Virus record (IMG/VR): IMGVR_UViG_3300020147_000065
Coordinates: 157,109 to 221,108 of that record
DNA length: 64,000 nucleotides
Direction: 5' to 3' (one strand)
The notes under the pieces: model-generated
Told to the model about the DNA's origin: nothing
Seen by the model: only the letters and a program-made list of their open reading frames with translations
Database searches by the model: none
Shown: one piece after another, positions 11,207 to 21,634 of the stretch
Position numbering within the stretch: the stretch's first letter is position 1
Layout of the letters: each line of letters opens with the position of its first letter
Position numbers and translations under genes: made by a program

Positions 11207-11448
11207 GCGTTCGGTAGATAGCTTAGGAAAAAGGGAGTGACGACCCGAATAAACTTTGCGCTACTCACAATCTGACGGACTGTAAGAATAACTGCATACG
11301 TCGTGCAGGGTGTTCAAATGTCAGAGGGCCAGCAACGTGGCACAGTCCAACACAAAACAAGAGAGCCGGTGAGGAACCGGTGAGGTCGAAATTGAAATAA
11401 GTCGGGCCTCTAAAACCTGACAAAGATTCGGTGTAATGAGCCGAACGC
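11207..11448 (+). ncRNA. putative structured ncRNA module B
   Basis: Closing stem GCGTTCGG/CCGAACGC; internal pairs GGACTGT/ACAGTCC and TCTGAC/GTCAGA; no + strand ORF. Confidence 0.6.
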
Positions 11449-11532
11449 CTCTTACAAAAGTATCTGACTACAAAATCTCTTGAGTTGTGCCCCCCCCTTG
11501 TCTGATTCATAAATCTACGATAGAATTAAAGT

Positions 11533-11760
11533 ATGATTAAAACAGAAGAAATGGGCGAGTTTGAAATAGGTCAAACCCATCGTGGGTTTTATCTGTATGG
11601 AATACGGCAATCCACGGGGAAGAGTTTGTATTGGCAGGGTCGCAAACGTGGTTGGTGTAATGGAGCAATTCCTGACGGCTACTTTAAAAGTAAAGATCAT
11701 ATCTTTAACAGCGTCGGTGCAGTCCTTCAGCTTGTTGCTGACAAAACCTATCGAGTATAG
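11533..11760 (+). CDS. hypothetical protein
   Basis: Leaderless module. Confidence 0.65.
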   Translation: MIKTEEMGEFEIGQTHRGFYLYGIRQSTGKSLYWQGRKRGWCNGAIPDGYFKSKDHIFNSVGAVLQLVADKTYRV

Positions 11761-11812
11761 GTTTTGCCCCCCCCCCTTGCACCCTTTAAAACTTAGAGTT
11801 AGAATATATTAC

Positions 11813-12028
11813 ATGGAAACACAAGCGCCTGATTCGATTATCGTTTACCGTTCGCCAAGTGACAAGCTGATTGCCGAAACTCAATATGATATTATGATGG
11901 CAGTCGGCAACTTTTTCTGGGACAACTGGCTCGTGATTTTGGGTGGCCTCGGATTCGGAATCTTCCTTTTCGCTGTGCTGATTCCGTGGTTTCAAGACAG
12001 CGTAATTAAAGGTCGGGTTCGCCGCTAA
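11813..12028 (+). CDS. small membrane protein
   Basis: Leaderless; one transmembrane segment. Confidence 0.65.
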   Translation: METQAPDSIIVYRSPSDKLIAETQYDIMMAVGNFFWDNWLVILGGLGFGIFLFAVLIPWFQDSVIKGRVRR

Positions 12029-12099
12029 GCGGTGGGCCTTGCCCCCCCCCCTTGTGCAGCATAGTAAATTTGTTAAAATAAATAGTGAGGTTAATCATT

Positions 12100-12324
12100 A
12101 TGAAAATTGCTTCTGCTGCTCCGACAAACACTGGTGTAAATGTTCAGTTGTCCTCTCAGGTCGCCTACATTGGCCGCAATGCCAACATCGGGCGTCAGGC
12201 TAACATTGGCTGCAATGCCAACATCGGGCGTCAGGCTAACATTGGCCGCCCATTCAATGCTACCATGCAACAGGCCGCCGCGCATCGTCGCCGGATGATG
12301 CCCGTGCTGCGGCGCACGAAGTAA
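12100..12324 (+). CDS. small protein with five xANIGx hexapeptide repeats
   Basis: AYIGRNANIGRQANIGCNANIGRQANIGR; 36-nt tandem duplication at 12169-12240. Confidence 0.6.
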   Translation: MKIASAAPTNTGVNVQLSSQVAYIGRNANIGRQANIGCNANIGRQANIGRPFNATMQQAAAHRRRMMPVLRRTK

Positions 12325-12399
12325 GGAACGGGGAGCATAAAAGCTCCCCGTTCTGCCCCCCCCCTTGTCATAAATAACATATTTGATAAAATATATTAC

Positions 12400-12819
12400 A
12401 TGACAATCACAAGATTTCATCGCCCACCAAACGACAAGCCACTGCTCGCAATGTTAATTGTGGTATGCTTGATTCTCGGCATTGCCATCGCCCAAGCCTC
12501 AGAGCCACAAGTAACTCAACCTCAATTCAAACAAGAGTTTCGGTTCATGCCGTGGCAAGATCAGGGCGAACGAAATGTTCAGACGCAAATACCTCTCGCT
12601 AAATTCTTATGGGGAGAAGGCCCGACAGATCAAAACCTCGAAGATTTTGAAGATATGTGCCGACGCTTTGAGGAACCGGGCGGGTTTCAAAGTGAAGCTG
12701 AAATGGAAGCTGCCCGACGTGTTCTCGGTGTGCCGGAAGAACTTATGGATTTATACGTTGATGAAGGGTATGGAAAAGGGCACATTCCGATCAAATTACC
12801 AGCGACTCTCGATGTTTGA
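12400..12819 (+). CDS. membrane-anchored or secreted hypothetical protein
   Basis: N-terminal hydrophobic helix ending AQA. Confidence 0.7.
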   Translation: MTITRFHRPPNDKPLLAMLIVVCLILGIAIAQASEPQVTQPQFKQEFRFMPWQDQGERNVQTQIPLAKFLWGEGPTDQNLEDFEDMCRRFEEPGGFQSEAEMEAARRVLGVPEELMDLYVDEGYGKGHIPIKLPATLDV

Positions 12820-12870
12820 GAGTTTGCCCCCCCCTTGTTCAATAGTTTATTACGAGTTAAAATATATTAC

Positions 12871-13173
12871 ATGAAGAACGGTCATGTATATCCCGACGGT
12901 CATATTCTCATTGATGGACGGCAACACCAACTAATGCCACGCGCGGCATCTGTAGCAACCCGACTTGTGCGTGGTTTGGATAATCACACACTTGAAATTA
13001 CCACCGAAGAACCATCCTCATTTGATGTGTCACTACATAAGGTTGGTGGCCAAAATTGGATTAACTATCGTAGCCCGGTTTACGGTGATATGATGTTCTG
13101 TGACACAGGATTAATCAAGGTGTTCGGCACAATCCCTGAGAATATCTATGTGGCGGTAGTTCCTCAGCAATGA
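12871..13173 (+). CDS. dispersed family B member 2
   Basis: FCDTGLIKVFGTIPENIYV. Confidence 0.7.
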   Translation: MKNGHVYPDGHILIDGRQHQLMPRAASVATRLVRGLDNHTLEITTEEPSSFDVSLHKVGGQNWINYRSPVYGDMMFCDTGLIKVFGTIPENIYVAVVPQQ

Positions 13174-13224
13174 GGAATTGCCCCCCCCCTTGCAGCATCT
13201 ATTATCTAATGTTATCCTTTAATC

Positions 13225-13779
13225 ATGGAAAAGAACGACATCCTCGATATTTACCACAAAGGCGCTGCTGTTGGTATTGCTACTCCGTTTTCTGAACTGC
13301 CATTAGGCCGATATTTTTATGATGGTGGACAGGAATATAAAAAGGTCAGCGATGACACCGCATTCGGTAATCATTCGCGTCGTTTCAATCCTTCTTATTT
13401 GGTTGTAATTACGTTGGTTACACCGCTATTTAACTTTCATGATGTGGATAAAGTTTATCTGGCGATGTGTGACCATTTCGGCGTGTTTTTCCACAGACAG
13501 AACACCCGCGCAGACGTTGCCCGTGCCTTAATGAATTTGCCCGTGTTGGTGGTTACTGAGGTTGTAGCATGGGCAAAGATGAAATGGGCGCAAAAGATGT
13601 TCGAGGTCGAAACTCAGCGCGGCATCGGCAACCCCGAAAAGTTGGCCGAATTACAGCAGACGTGGAGTGCGCTTTATAATGCGATTGCAGCAAAGCATTA
13701 TCCGGCGGGGCGTTTCTACTGGGTGGAGTGTCGCGGCGATATTCGCCGCATTGACCCTTCGCGTTACCGTTCGCGGTAA
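13225..13779 (+). CDS. hypothetical protein
   Basis: Leaderless module. Confidence 0.75.
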   Translation: MEKNDILDIYHKGAAVGIATPFSELPLGRYFYDGGQEYKKVSDDTAFGNHSRRFNPSYLVVITLVTPLFNFHDVDKVYLAMCDHFGVFFHRQNTRADVARALMNLPVLVVTEVVAWAKMKWAQKMFEVETQRGIGNPEKLAELQQTWSALYNAIAAKHYPAGRFYWVECRGDIRRIDPSRYRSR

Positions 13780-13830
13780 CGCTTGCCCCCCCCCTTGTCA
13801 AAATCTATAAATGAGCGTATAATAATTATC

Positions 13831-14154
13831 ATGTTATTCTCGAAGCCAATCATTCTAACCGGACACTATAATGTGGGAGCAAAGTTCATTCGTTTAAACG
13901 GTAGAGCTTATGATTTGTTTGCTACTGCTGATTATGCAATTACAAATTTACTCCCCGCATATAAAGATGAAGCGGAAATTGCTCTTGTTCTATCGAATAG
14001 ACATATACAGGGCGGTTTAACCTTCAAACGAACCGTTGATGAGAACGGTGATATTTATTATGTCGGTTATGGTTATGAGGGGAGAGTTTGTAGACCCGCA
14101 TTAAAAGAGTTATTCGGCTATCTTCCACGCCGGTTATACCTAAAGTTCATTTAG
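13831..14154 (+). CDS. dispersed family B member 3
   Basis: VCRPALKELFGYLPRRLYL. Confidence 0.7.
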   Translation: MLFSKPIILTGHYNVGAKFIRLNGRAYDLFATADYAITNLLPAYKDEAEIALVLSNRHIQGGLTFKRTVDENGDIYYVGYGYEGRVCRPALKELFGYLPRRLYLKFI

Positions 14155-14201
14155 GTATTGCCCCCCCCTTGTTCCCCCGTGGTTTGCTTGATATAATTTA
14201 A

Positions 14202-14394
14202 TTGTCAGTGAGAGAGCGCATATAGTTTGATAAAGCGTAACGTGGCTCATGGTAGGACATAGGCCCCCTGCCAGTAAGGGTTCTTCGGAATCGTATAATG
14301 AGTTCCCCCGCCTAAATGGTGTCTATTCATTTCACTGGATAGGCCCAACATGAAAGCGCAGTGGTGAGTGAAAGCATCCTTCTCTCACTGACAA
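14202..14394 (+). ncRNA. putative structured ncRNA module C
   Basis: Perfect 14-bp closing stem TTGTCAGTGAGAGA/TCTCTCACTGACAA starting at the predicted TSS; no ORF. Confidence 0.65.
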
Positions 14395-14490
14395 GGTTTG
14401 GGCGTATGACCCAGTAATGAGGCGCACAGAGGCGTCTGCCCGTTGCCCCCCCCCCTTGCATTAACTAAAGAAAAGTAGGATAATAATAGT

Positions 14491-14811
14491 ATGGATAAAG
14501 TTAATGATGAACAACAACCCGCTGTTTCTATGGATTTGCAACTCGTTGCCTTCTCAAAAGACAATCAGGACGGCTCTGGCAGCGTTCACGTTTTCAACGA
14601 CACCGACGAACTTCGCAAACATTTTGATGAAGTTTACGACGCCGACATTGACGAAGAGTGCGCGAAAGAAGCAGAAGAAAAGTTCAACGTTGCCATCGCA
14701 GGTTCTCAACCCTACGAAGTTGGCACGGTTGAAACGAAAACCATCAAAGTGGTAGTCGAAAACGGCAAAGTGCGACTCGCTGAGTCCCTACACTTTAGCA
14801 CCGGACAATAG
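14491..14811 (+). CDS. acidic hypothetical protein
   Basis: Leaderless module. Confidence 0.7.
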   Translation: MDKVNDEQQPAVSMDLQLVAFSKDNQDGSGSVHVFNDTDELRKHFDEVYDADIDEECAKEAEEKFNVAIAGSQPYEVGTVETKTIKVVVENGKVRLAESLHFSTGQ

Positions 14812-15075
14812 TCCGGGGCTTGCCCCCCCCCTACCTTGACACCGGCTCCCTCATATGGTAGAATTTATATTAGGAGTCTCATATGTCTTTATTTATCGTG
14901 TTATTTGGGATAGCACTACTTTTTACGATGCCGGTTTTTGTGAATCTTAAACCACTTTATTACTTCTTATGGATGGTTGAAGCGATATTGATATTCACAA
15001 ACTAACTCGTAAGAGTTAGTGCCCCCCCCCTTGCGGCAAATATCGCAAACATATAAAATTTAATGTGGAAGTGCT

Positions 15076-15600
15076 ATGAGAAACATTGTTTTCAGAAACA
15101 GCCTCATAAGCGAGCATCGTGCAGGACAGTTGCTTCGCAGTTGGAAAAATCAGTTACGCGGCAAGTTAAGCCCTAAAAGACGTAAAGAAGTTAACGGTTT
15201 GCTTAACGATATGCGTAAAGCATTAAAGACCGTTGGCCCCTATGAGCGCGATGGTGTGTTTACTGTCGAAGAAGTTATGGCTTTAGTGGGAACAGGCCAC
15301 GGACACGTTAATCGTCGCCCTATTTCGTATGACACTAAACGTCTAAAAGTGTTCAAGCGAACGGGCACAGTATGTGTCGCGTGTGGTTTACCTGCCTCAC
15401 ACTTTGCTTTAGAGCGTTGCTGGGAACAAGATGGTGATTTGTGGCACTTCAATTTGTATGGTTTGAGAGACGGTAAAGAAATTCTCTTTACTCGTGACCA
15501 CATTAAACCACTTGCCAGGGGTGGAACCGATTGTCTCGATAATCAGGAAACAATGTGCTGCACTTGCAATTTCAAAAAGGGCGACAAGTGGGAAGAGTGA
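15076..15600 (+). CDS. HNH endonuclease
   Basis: CVAC...TRDHIKPLARGGTDCLDNQETMCCTCNFKKG. Confidence 0.9.
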   Translation: MRNIVFRNSLISEHRAGQLLRSWKNQLRGKLSPKRRKEVNGLLNDMRKALKTVGPYERDGVFTVEEVMALVGTGHGHVNRRPISYDTKRLKVFKRTGTVCVACGLPASHFALERCWEQDGDLWHFNLYGLRDGKEILFTRDHIKPLARGGTDCLDNQETMCCTCNFKKGDKWEE

Positions 15601-15658
15601 TCTTCCCCGTCTGCCCCCCCCCTTTGCACACATAGACAATTTTAAGTATCCTTTAAGT

Positions 15659-15994
15659 ATGGAAAGAACATTTAACGTAGAACTTCAGGGAACACTGTGG
15701 TATGTTGGTCATAATATGCTGATTCTCGAATCAGCACCGGCTCTGGATGAAATTCTGGGCGTAGAAGGAAAACGTAAACGCGTAACTGTCAGCGATAAGC
15801 ATTTCAAGGGTGCGACAAACACCCTGACAACCGTGCCAAAAGCAAAGCGCAATGACACCGTGCCGGAATTCCTCGCCTATTCGTTTCGCAAGGGCACCGA
15901 CAAATTCGTTTACATCTGTCCTAATGGCTTGATGTGTTACTTCCATGTGAACGAAAAGCCACCGCGCAGACTCTACATTAAAGTAGAAGATTAA
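15659..15994 (+). CDS. dispersed family B member 4
   Basis: ICPNGLMCYFHVNEKPPRRLYI. Confidence 0.65.
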   Translation: MERTFNVELQGTLWYVGHNMLILESAPALDEILGVEGKRKRVTVSDKHFKGATNTLTTVPKAKRNDTVPEFLAYSFRKGTDKFVYICPNGLMCYFHVNEKPPRRLYIKVED

Positions 15995-16058
15995 CCCGAA
16001 AGGGTTAATCTTGCCCCCCCCCTTGTCAACATTTAACTTTCGCAGTAAAATCTTAACC

Positions 16059-16490
16059 ATGAACAACATGAACGACGCTCTTTGCACGGCTGCCCGAATC
16101 AATCGCACGTATGGTTTGCAAATGGTTATCTGTCCCGCCATCGGTGGACGTTTCGACGTGACACAAGGCGTCAATCCTGAAACCGGAAACCCGCTGCGTA
16201 TGCTGGAAAGCGCAACACCGGCACAACTCGTTACGTGGCTTGACGGCTACGAAATGGCCCTGATTGGTGCCGAACTTCGCGCGGAAGATGCTAAGTCTTA
16301 CGACTTTCCCGGCGACAAAGGAGGGTTCGACTTTTCTTTCGATGAAATTTTCGGCTCACTAATGGAGCCGCAACCCGTCGCACAAATCGAAAGTATTAGT
16401 ATTGATTCCCGCATGGTTGCAGGGCCACAGGGTATCGAACGATTCACGATTATTGAGCGTGTTATTAACACGCTCTACACGATTCTCTAA
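16059..16490 (+). CDS. hypothetical protein
   Basis: Leaderless module. Confidence 0.7.
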   Translation: MNNMNDALCTAARINRTYGLQMVICPAIGGRFDVTQGVNPETGNPLRMLESATPAQLVTWLDGYEMALIGAELRAEDAKSYDFPGDKGGFDFSFDEIFGSLMEPQPVAQIESISIDSRMVAGPQGIERFTIIERVINTLYTIL

Positions 16491-16561
16491 GCGGCGGGGA
16501 GTTTCAAACTCCCCGCCTTGCCCCCCCTTGCGAGAATTAAGGAAATCGCTATACTATAACC

Positions 16562-16831
16562 ATGTCTAATCAAGAATGGCCGAAGTTTTGGCTTGAAACG
16601 AATCAGCGTTGGGGATGGGTAAGGTCGCGTGAAGAGTGGGAGGAAATGGTAAACGACACCATTCAGCCCAATTTGTGGGGATTTCGCACACGCGAAGAAA
16701 TTCTCGAATACTTCCTGACCTCACGACAGCACCGGGACGGAATCGCAAACTTCGGCCAATACACCTATGCCGAGCACACCGGGGAAAAGACCTTGCGAGA
16801 GTTCTTAGCGGAGCACGGTATCGAGCCGTGA
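16562..16831 (+). CDS. hypothetical protein
   Basis: Leaderless module. Confidence 0.7.
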   Translation: MSNQEWPKFWLETNQRWGWVRSREEWEEMVNDTIQPNLWGFRTREEILEYFLTSRQHRDGIANFGQYTYAEHTGEKTLREFLAEHGIEP

Positions 16832-17112
16832 TCTGCCCCCCCCCTTGCGTCTCCTAATAGAACTTGTTAGAATGTAATTCGTTAGTTCAATCGGGAGGGC
16901 GTTATGGATTCTGCGCTTGATTATGCGATTTACTTTGCTAACCGCTATCACATGATTATGATTATCGTGTTGATTGCTGCCAACGATTATCGGGCAATAC
17001 CTGAAGAGTGTAACGACTTAGGTTATCCCGTCATAGATAAGATTCTACCAAAGGATTAACAATGGCTAAAACCTTTGATTTCTTGTAGTTACCTTAAAGG
17101 AGGTTAACTACA

Positions 17113-17328
17113 ATGAAACACAATCACAGAACTGGTGATGTAAAGCGTCAGTGCCACAGCGGATGCTATTATGGAATGAAAGATTCTCTAAAACAGGACG
17201 AGAATTACCACCGTCGTGCAACCGAACGCCGTTTGATTTCCGACATTATGAAGGGTAAACTCGACCCTGATGAAGCCATCTTTCCTGTAAAGGGCATCCA
17301 TAGTTCCGATTGGTGGGATTGGGACTAA
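17113..17328 (+). CDS. hypothetical protein
   Basis: AAGGAGG RBS. Confidence 0.65.
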   Translation: MKHNHRTGDVKRQCHSGCYYGMKDSLKQDENYHRRATERRLISDIMKGKLDPDEAIFPVKGIHSSDWWDWD

Positions 17329-17417
17329 TAGATGCCCCCCCCCCTTGCTAATCAAATGACAAAAGCCTCTTCCTATGATATAATTCATCTGGAAGAGGCT
17401 TTAGTCCCGGAATTGGG

Positions 17418-18014
17418 TCATAAACTCAAGTCAAGTTTATCGTTAGCAGCCACACAATAGAATTGTGTGCCGTCAATGTTAGCAGTTCGATTAAAATGCC
17501 AATGACCAAATACCCATATTGCCGGACGGTGTATCTGTAACATGGTCATTAAAGCCAACGTGGTTTGCGTAGGCTTTACCGGCCCGTTTATCAGGCGAGG
17601 CATATTCATATGCTCGATTATACCAAACGGGGCATCGTGACTGATTACAATATCCGGCTTGGTGGCCTCATAGAGAGTAACAGCATTGGTTAAATCTTCC
17701 ATGCTTAATTGCTCATCTTTCCACCAACTTATACCCTCTCTACGACGGTATTGATCTATTGACCATGCACCGGATAGAAAGAATACGCCGTGCTTGTAAC
17801 CATAATCACCCAGATAAAGAGGATGGGCGCGGCACTCTTCGGGAGAATCATGATTACCACGTATGAAACCATCTATACCAGTAAAGACGGTTTCTCGATT
17901 GAAGTTACGAAAACCTAATCCCAAATCTCCCAAATGTAATGTCAAGTCTGCTTTTTCGGGATACCAAAAGCCAACCCGTTCTGCGTGAGAATCACCAAGA
18001 AATCTATAAATCAT
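17418..18014 (-). CDS. calcineurin-like metallophosphoesterase
   Basis: GDSH, LGD, GNHD, SHDAP and GHWH motifs. Confidence 0.9.
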   Translation of the reverse strand: MIYRFLGDSHAERVGFWYPEKADLTLHLGDLGLGFRNFNRETVFTGIDGFIRGNHDSPEECRAHPLYLGDYGYKHGVFFLSGAWSIDQYRRREGISWWKDEQLSMEDLTNAVTLYEATKPDIVISHDAPFGIIEHMNMPRLINGPVKPTQTTLALMTMLQIHRPAIWVFGHWHFNRTANIDGTQFYCVAANDKLDLSL

Positions 18015-19050
18015 AAATCTACTCCTAATGTGGCTTTAACCACCATTTTGTAAATATCCATTGAGTCTAACACACCTGCCAACCAATCTACAACCCTTTG
18101 AATGTGCTGAAACACACAAAAAGCGACATAAACCCCAACGAGTTTGTTCCTTATCCTACGTCTTAACCAACGGTAGTAAACATGGACTTTGCGACTCATG
18201 CTCTAAGTATACCAAAAAGCTATCCACGGGGCAAGGTCTGCCCCCCCCTTGCATTTAGATACGATTTAGAGTATCCTTTAATCATGGACGAACTAATCAG
18301 AGATAACGGGAAGCTGCGCCCGTGTAAAGGGAATTTCCAAAAGATGACAATTCCACAAATTATCTGGGAATTTCAAATCAAGCAGGGTCAGTTCTGGGAC
18401 GGTTTTACTTATGTTGATTACTGGGATATTCGTAACATTCTCTTAGTCGTCATCTTTGTTGCGCTGTTGCCCGTTTCTCTACCATTCTGCCTCTACATGA
18501 GAGCAAGGAGCCAAAAGAATTACTAATGACACCTGAAGAACAAGACCGTTTCGCTAAGGAATGGGCTGAATACATTAAAGCTGATACTGAGTATCAAGAC
18601 CGGAAATTTAAAGCATCAATCGCCCCGCAGTGGGCGGGGCTTATCGGTTCTGTTATACTCTGTGGTGTGTTTATTTGGTTGTTTTGGTTGACAACACCGA
18701 AAGGATAATATGAGCTTCCAACAAGATTTATACAACGACCAGCAGGAAATGTATCGCAGGATACATCGTGCGCGAATACACGGTTTCATTATCGGTATAA
18801 TTATAGCCGGACTAATTGTGGTTATCGTGGGTGCCCTCGTTGGCACCCACTAATGCCCCCCCCCCCTGACAAAGTAAATAATTATTTGTATAATAAAGAT
18901 ATGACAAAGAGAAGATTAGGGTTAATTATCACACTTTTGATATTGTGGATTATTGTCGGAATAAGCATTTTCTTATATCGGCAAAGTATGGGTATCCCTG
19001 TTTAATGCCCCCCCTTGTAGCAAAGTAAGAACTTTGTTACAATTTATTAT

Positions 19051-19206
19051 ATGAAAAGAAAAGGTTTTACCGTCATCGAACTGCTTGTCGTAATTGCTAT
19101 CTGCGCGATTCTCATTTCTGTCATCGTTACCGGCGTTCAACGTGCGCGTGGTGGAGCAACCCAAAGCCAGGAGCGCGTAGTCCCCCGTTTTCAGCCTCAA
19201 CGCTGA
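19051..19206 (+). CDS. 51-aa type IV pilin/pseudopilin-like peptide
   Basis: MKRKG|[28 protein letters not shown]: prepilin cleavage/N-methylation motif with E5; leaderless. Confidence 0.85.
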   Translation: MKRKGFTVIELLVVIAICAILISVIVTGVQRARGGATQSQERVVPRFQPQR

Positions 19207-19265
19207 GCGGCGGGGCTTGCCCCCCCCCCTTGCTCCCTTACTAACTAATTCGTTATAATCTTAGT

Positions 19266-19649
19266 ATGTCACGATACAAGAAGTCAATGGGAACATGGAA
19301 AGAGATTTGTATTTGTATTAGAGGCGCATTTATCAATTTTGACGTTGTGCAAGCCACGGGACAAGTCTTTGATTTGTATTGTGATATTCATACTCACGTT
19401 GACGCTTACAGTGAAAAAATCGAGGGTGAAAAAGAACTGAACTGGAAAGTGGGTAAGAACTCATTATTCAAACACTGTCCAAAGAAGAAAATAGCGAAAC
19501 ACATCAAACGACTCTTTGAGTCCGATGATATTATGCTGTTTCCTTATCTCGATACAGATGATAAAGAAGCAGTTAAAGATGCAGCAGAAGATAGACAATT
19601 TCTCGAAAAGATGGCTCAGTTCTACGGGATTACACTCCCGGAGGACTGA
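19266..19649 (+). CDS. hypothetical protein
   Basis: Leaderless module. Confidence 0.7.
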   Translation: MSRYKKSMGTWKEICICIRGAFINFDVVQATGQVFDLYCDIHTHVDAYSEKIEGEKELNWKVGKNSLFKHCPKKKIAKHIKRLFESDDIMLFPYLDTDDKEAVKDAAEDRQFLEKMAQFYGITLPED

Positions 19650-19697
19650 TATGCCCCCCCCTTGCCCGTGGTTTGCTTTTTAGTTAGAATGTATTAC

Positions 19698-20015
19698 ATG
19701 AAATTAGATATTAACAAAGCGTTTATTTTGGTAACAGTCATTACCGAAAAGGGTAATTCTATTACCCTGCCGTGTCGCAAATATAGTTTCAGCAAACGAA
19801 ACGGCGAATCTGAACTGAATTTGAATAGTGCGATGGATGACGGTGTGACGCCATGTGAAGGCGTTAAAGAATATTACCGCAAAAATCCCACTGCTCCAGT
19901 CGGCACCGAAGTTCTTTTGAATATGTTGCTCGCGGAAGGTATTGCGTTGGTTTACAATACCGCGACGCTCATGTATAACGAACAAGGCGAGTTGTTCATT
20001 CCTGAGGAGGAATGA
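19698..20015 (+). CDS. hypothetical protein
   Basis: Leaderless module. Confidence 0.7.
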   Translation: MKLDINKAFILVTVITEKGNSITLPCRKYSFSKRNGESELNLNSAMDDGVTPCEGVKEYYRKNPTAPVGTEVLLNMLLAEGIALVYNTATLMYNEQGELFIPEEE

Positions 20016-20433
20016 GCCTTGCCCCCCCCTTGACTAATCCCCGTGGTGAGTTAAAATGTATTACATGAAAAAGAGCAAATCCAAACCTGAACACATGACG
20101 GTTGCCAACGCAGTTAAGGTCACAATGCCGCGTCAACACTGCCCAACGCGCACAATCGAACCTAAGCGTAACAAGTTGCGCGACAAGGTTTCCAAACGCG
20201 AATTTAAACGGGGTGATTATTGATGTTTGAAAAACTCATCGCCTTCGTTCTCGGTCTGGTGTGCTTAACATGCGCTTTTACAGTTATGACTATGTTTGTT
20301 AGCATAATCTGTAATCTCGGTTGGGATTGGCAACACGTTATGCGAACTTGGTTCTGGATTTTTATCGTTCTCGAAGTTCTGTTTTGGATTGGTGGCGGCC
20401 TTAGTCAATTCGACTAAGGTTTGCCCCCCCACC

Positions 20434-20673
20434 TCAGGGATAGGCCAGTGCCGGCGCTCCCTGAGTAAAGTAACGGAGTTTCTCTATTCCTTCAAACCTT
20501 ACTTCCAATACTTCTGCACCACTTTTACCGTCTTTACCGTATCGCTTGACAGAAACAATCTCGCCTGGTGTGTTTTCAGGGACTTCTACCGTCTTCATAT
20601 CGAGTCCCAATAACTCCATGCGAGCAACGATCTTATCACCCTGTTTGAAATTAACGTCCTCTGTAAATTGCAT
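20434..20673 (-). CDS. hypothetical protein
   Basis: Minus-strand TTGACT/TATACT promoter; leaderless MQFTEDV. Confidence 0.6.
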   Translation of the reverse strand: MQFTEDVNFKQGDKIVARMELLGLDMKTVEVPENTPGEIVSVKRYGKDGKSGAEVLEVRFEGIEKLRYFTQGAPALAYP

Positions 20674-20759
20674 GATATTAGTATATAGCCAACCACGGGG
20701 GTTAGTCAATGCCCCCCCCCCCATTGCACACTCTAAACAATAGCGGTAAAATATATTCC

Positions 20760-21182
20760 ATGAGCAAAACAAAAGTAACCCCGAACAGCGTAGCATTCAG
20801 CGCGTTGCAGGAAGTTGTCAAAGTTGGTAACACGAAACTGAAAGTTCTTTTCGTTGCCGAACGCGGCGTCCACGGTGCCGAAACCTACTGGAACGACGAA
20901 ATGCGCGGCAATGTCGGCAAAGAACTGACCGTGAGAGATTCCGACGCGAGCAGCAACGAATTTCAGCTTTCCGACGATTTCTGGTATCCTGCAATCTCCT
21001 TGTTTGCTGAACCCAAACAGCCGGTAGAAGTGTCGCTGCCTGATTACACGGCGACGGTGTATCCTACCCATCTCCAAGTTGGTTATCAGGAAATCACCAA
21101 AGAAATGGTTCTGGCAATCGTCAAGGGTGGACTGGATACGGGCTTCCTCTCCACATCAGATTTGGAGGGTCTGAATAAATAA
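20760..21182 (+). CDS. tandem family A paralog 1
   Basis: GVHG..W..M..WYPA..LPDY..VG.Q..TKEM.L.IV motif. Confidence 0.85.
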   Translation: MSKTKVTPNSVAFSALQEVVKVGNTKLKVLFVAERGVHGAETYWNDEMRGNVGKELTVRDSDASSNEFQLSDDFWYPAISLFAEPKQPVEVSLPDYTATVYPTHLQVGYQEITKEMVLAIVKGGLDTGFLSTSDLEGLNK

Positions 21183-21267
21183 GCCCCGGCTCCCTTCGGG
21201 GAGCTTTGCCCCCCCTTGCGCACAGCTCTAATCTTCTGTATAATTATTAGTAATAAGGAGGCCAACG

Positions 21268-21537
21268 ATGCCTAAATCAATGTTTCGTCCATCGGATGTA
21301 ATGGACAACGCGCATTTCAATGACCACACTAAGGTCTTGACTGTGACGTTTCAGAGTGGTTCGGTTTACGAGTATGAGAATGTGCCTGAGCGCGTTTTCA
21401 ATCGTTTAAACGCCGCTCCTTCTAAGGGACAGTTCTTTAATCAGAACATCCGTAATAAATACGCATTTAAGTGTGTGTTTAAACCCGCTAAGACAACTAC
21501 AGCGCCGCAGGTTCAGCCCGTGGCTGTCACTGTCTAA
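21268..21537 (+). CDS. KTSC domain protein
   Basis: LTVTFQSGSVYEYENVP..VF..L..A.SKGQFFNQNIR. Confidence 0.9.
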   Translation: MPKSMFRPSDVMDNAHFNDHTKVLTVTFQSGSVYEYENVPERVFNRLNAAPSKGQFFNQNIRNKYAFKCVFKPAKTTTAPQVQPVAVTV

Positions 21538-21634
21538 TGTTCCTCCTTACCGGGAAACGGAGGCTTCCGGGCCTCCGTTTCTTCGGTCTGCCCCCCCCTT
21601 GTCACAAGTAAATTAAAACGATATAATCTATTAC

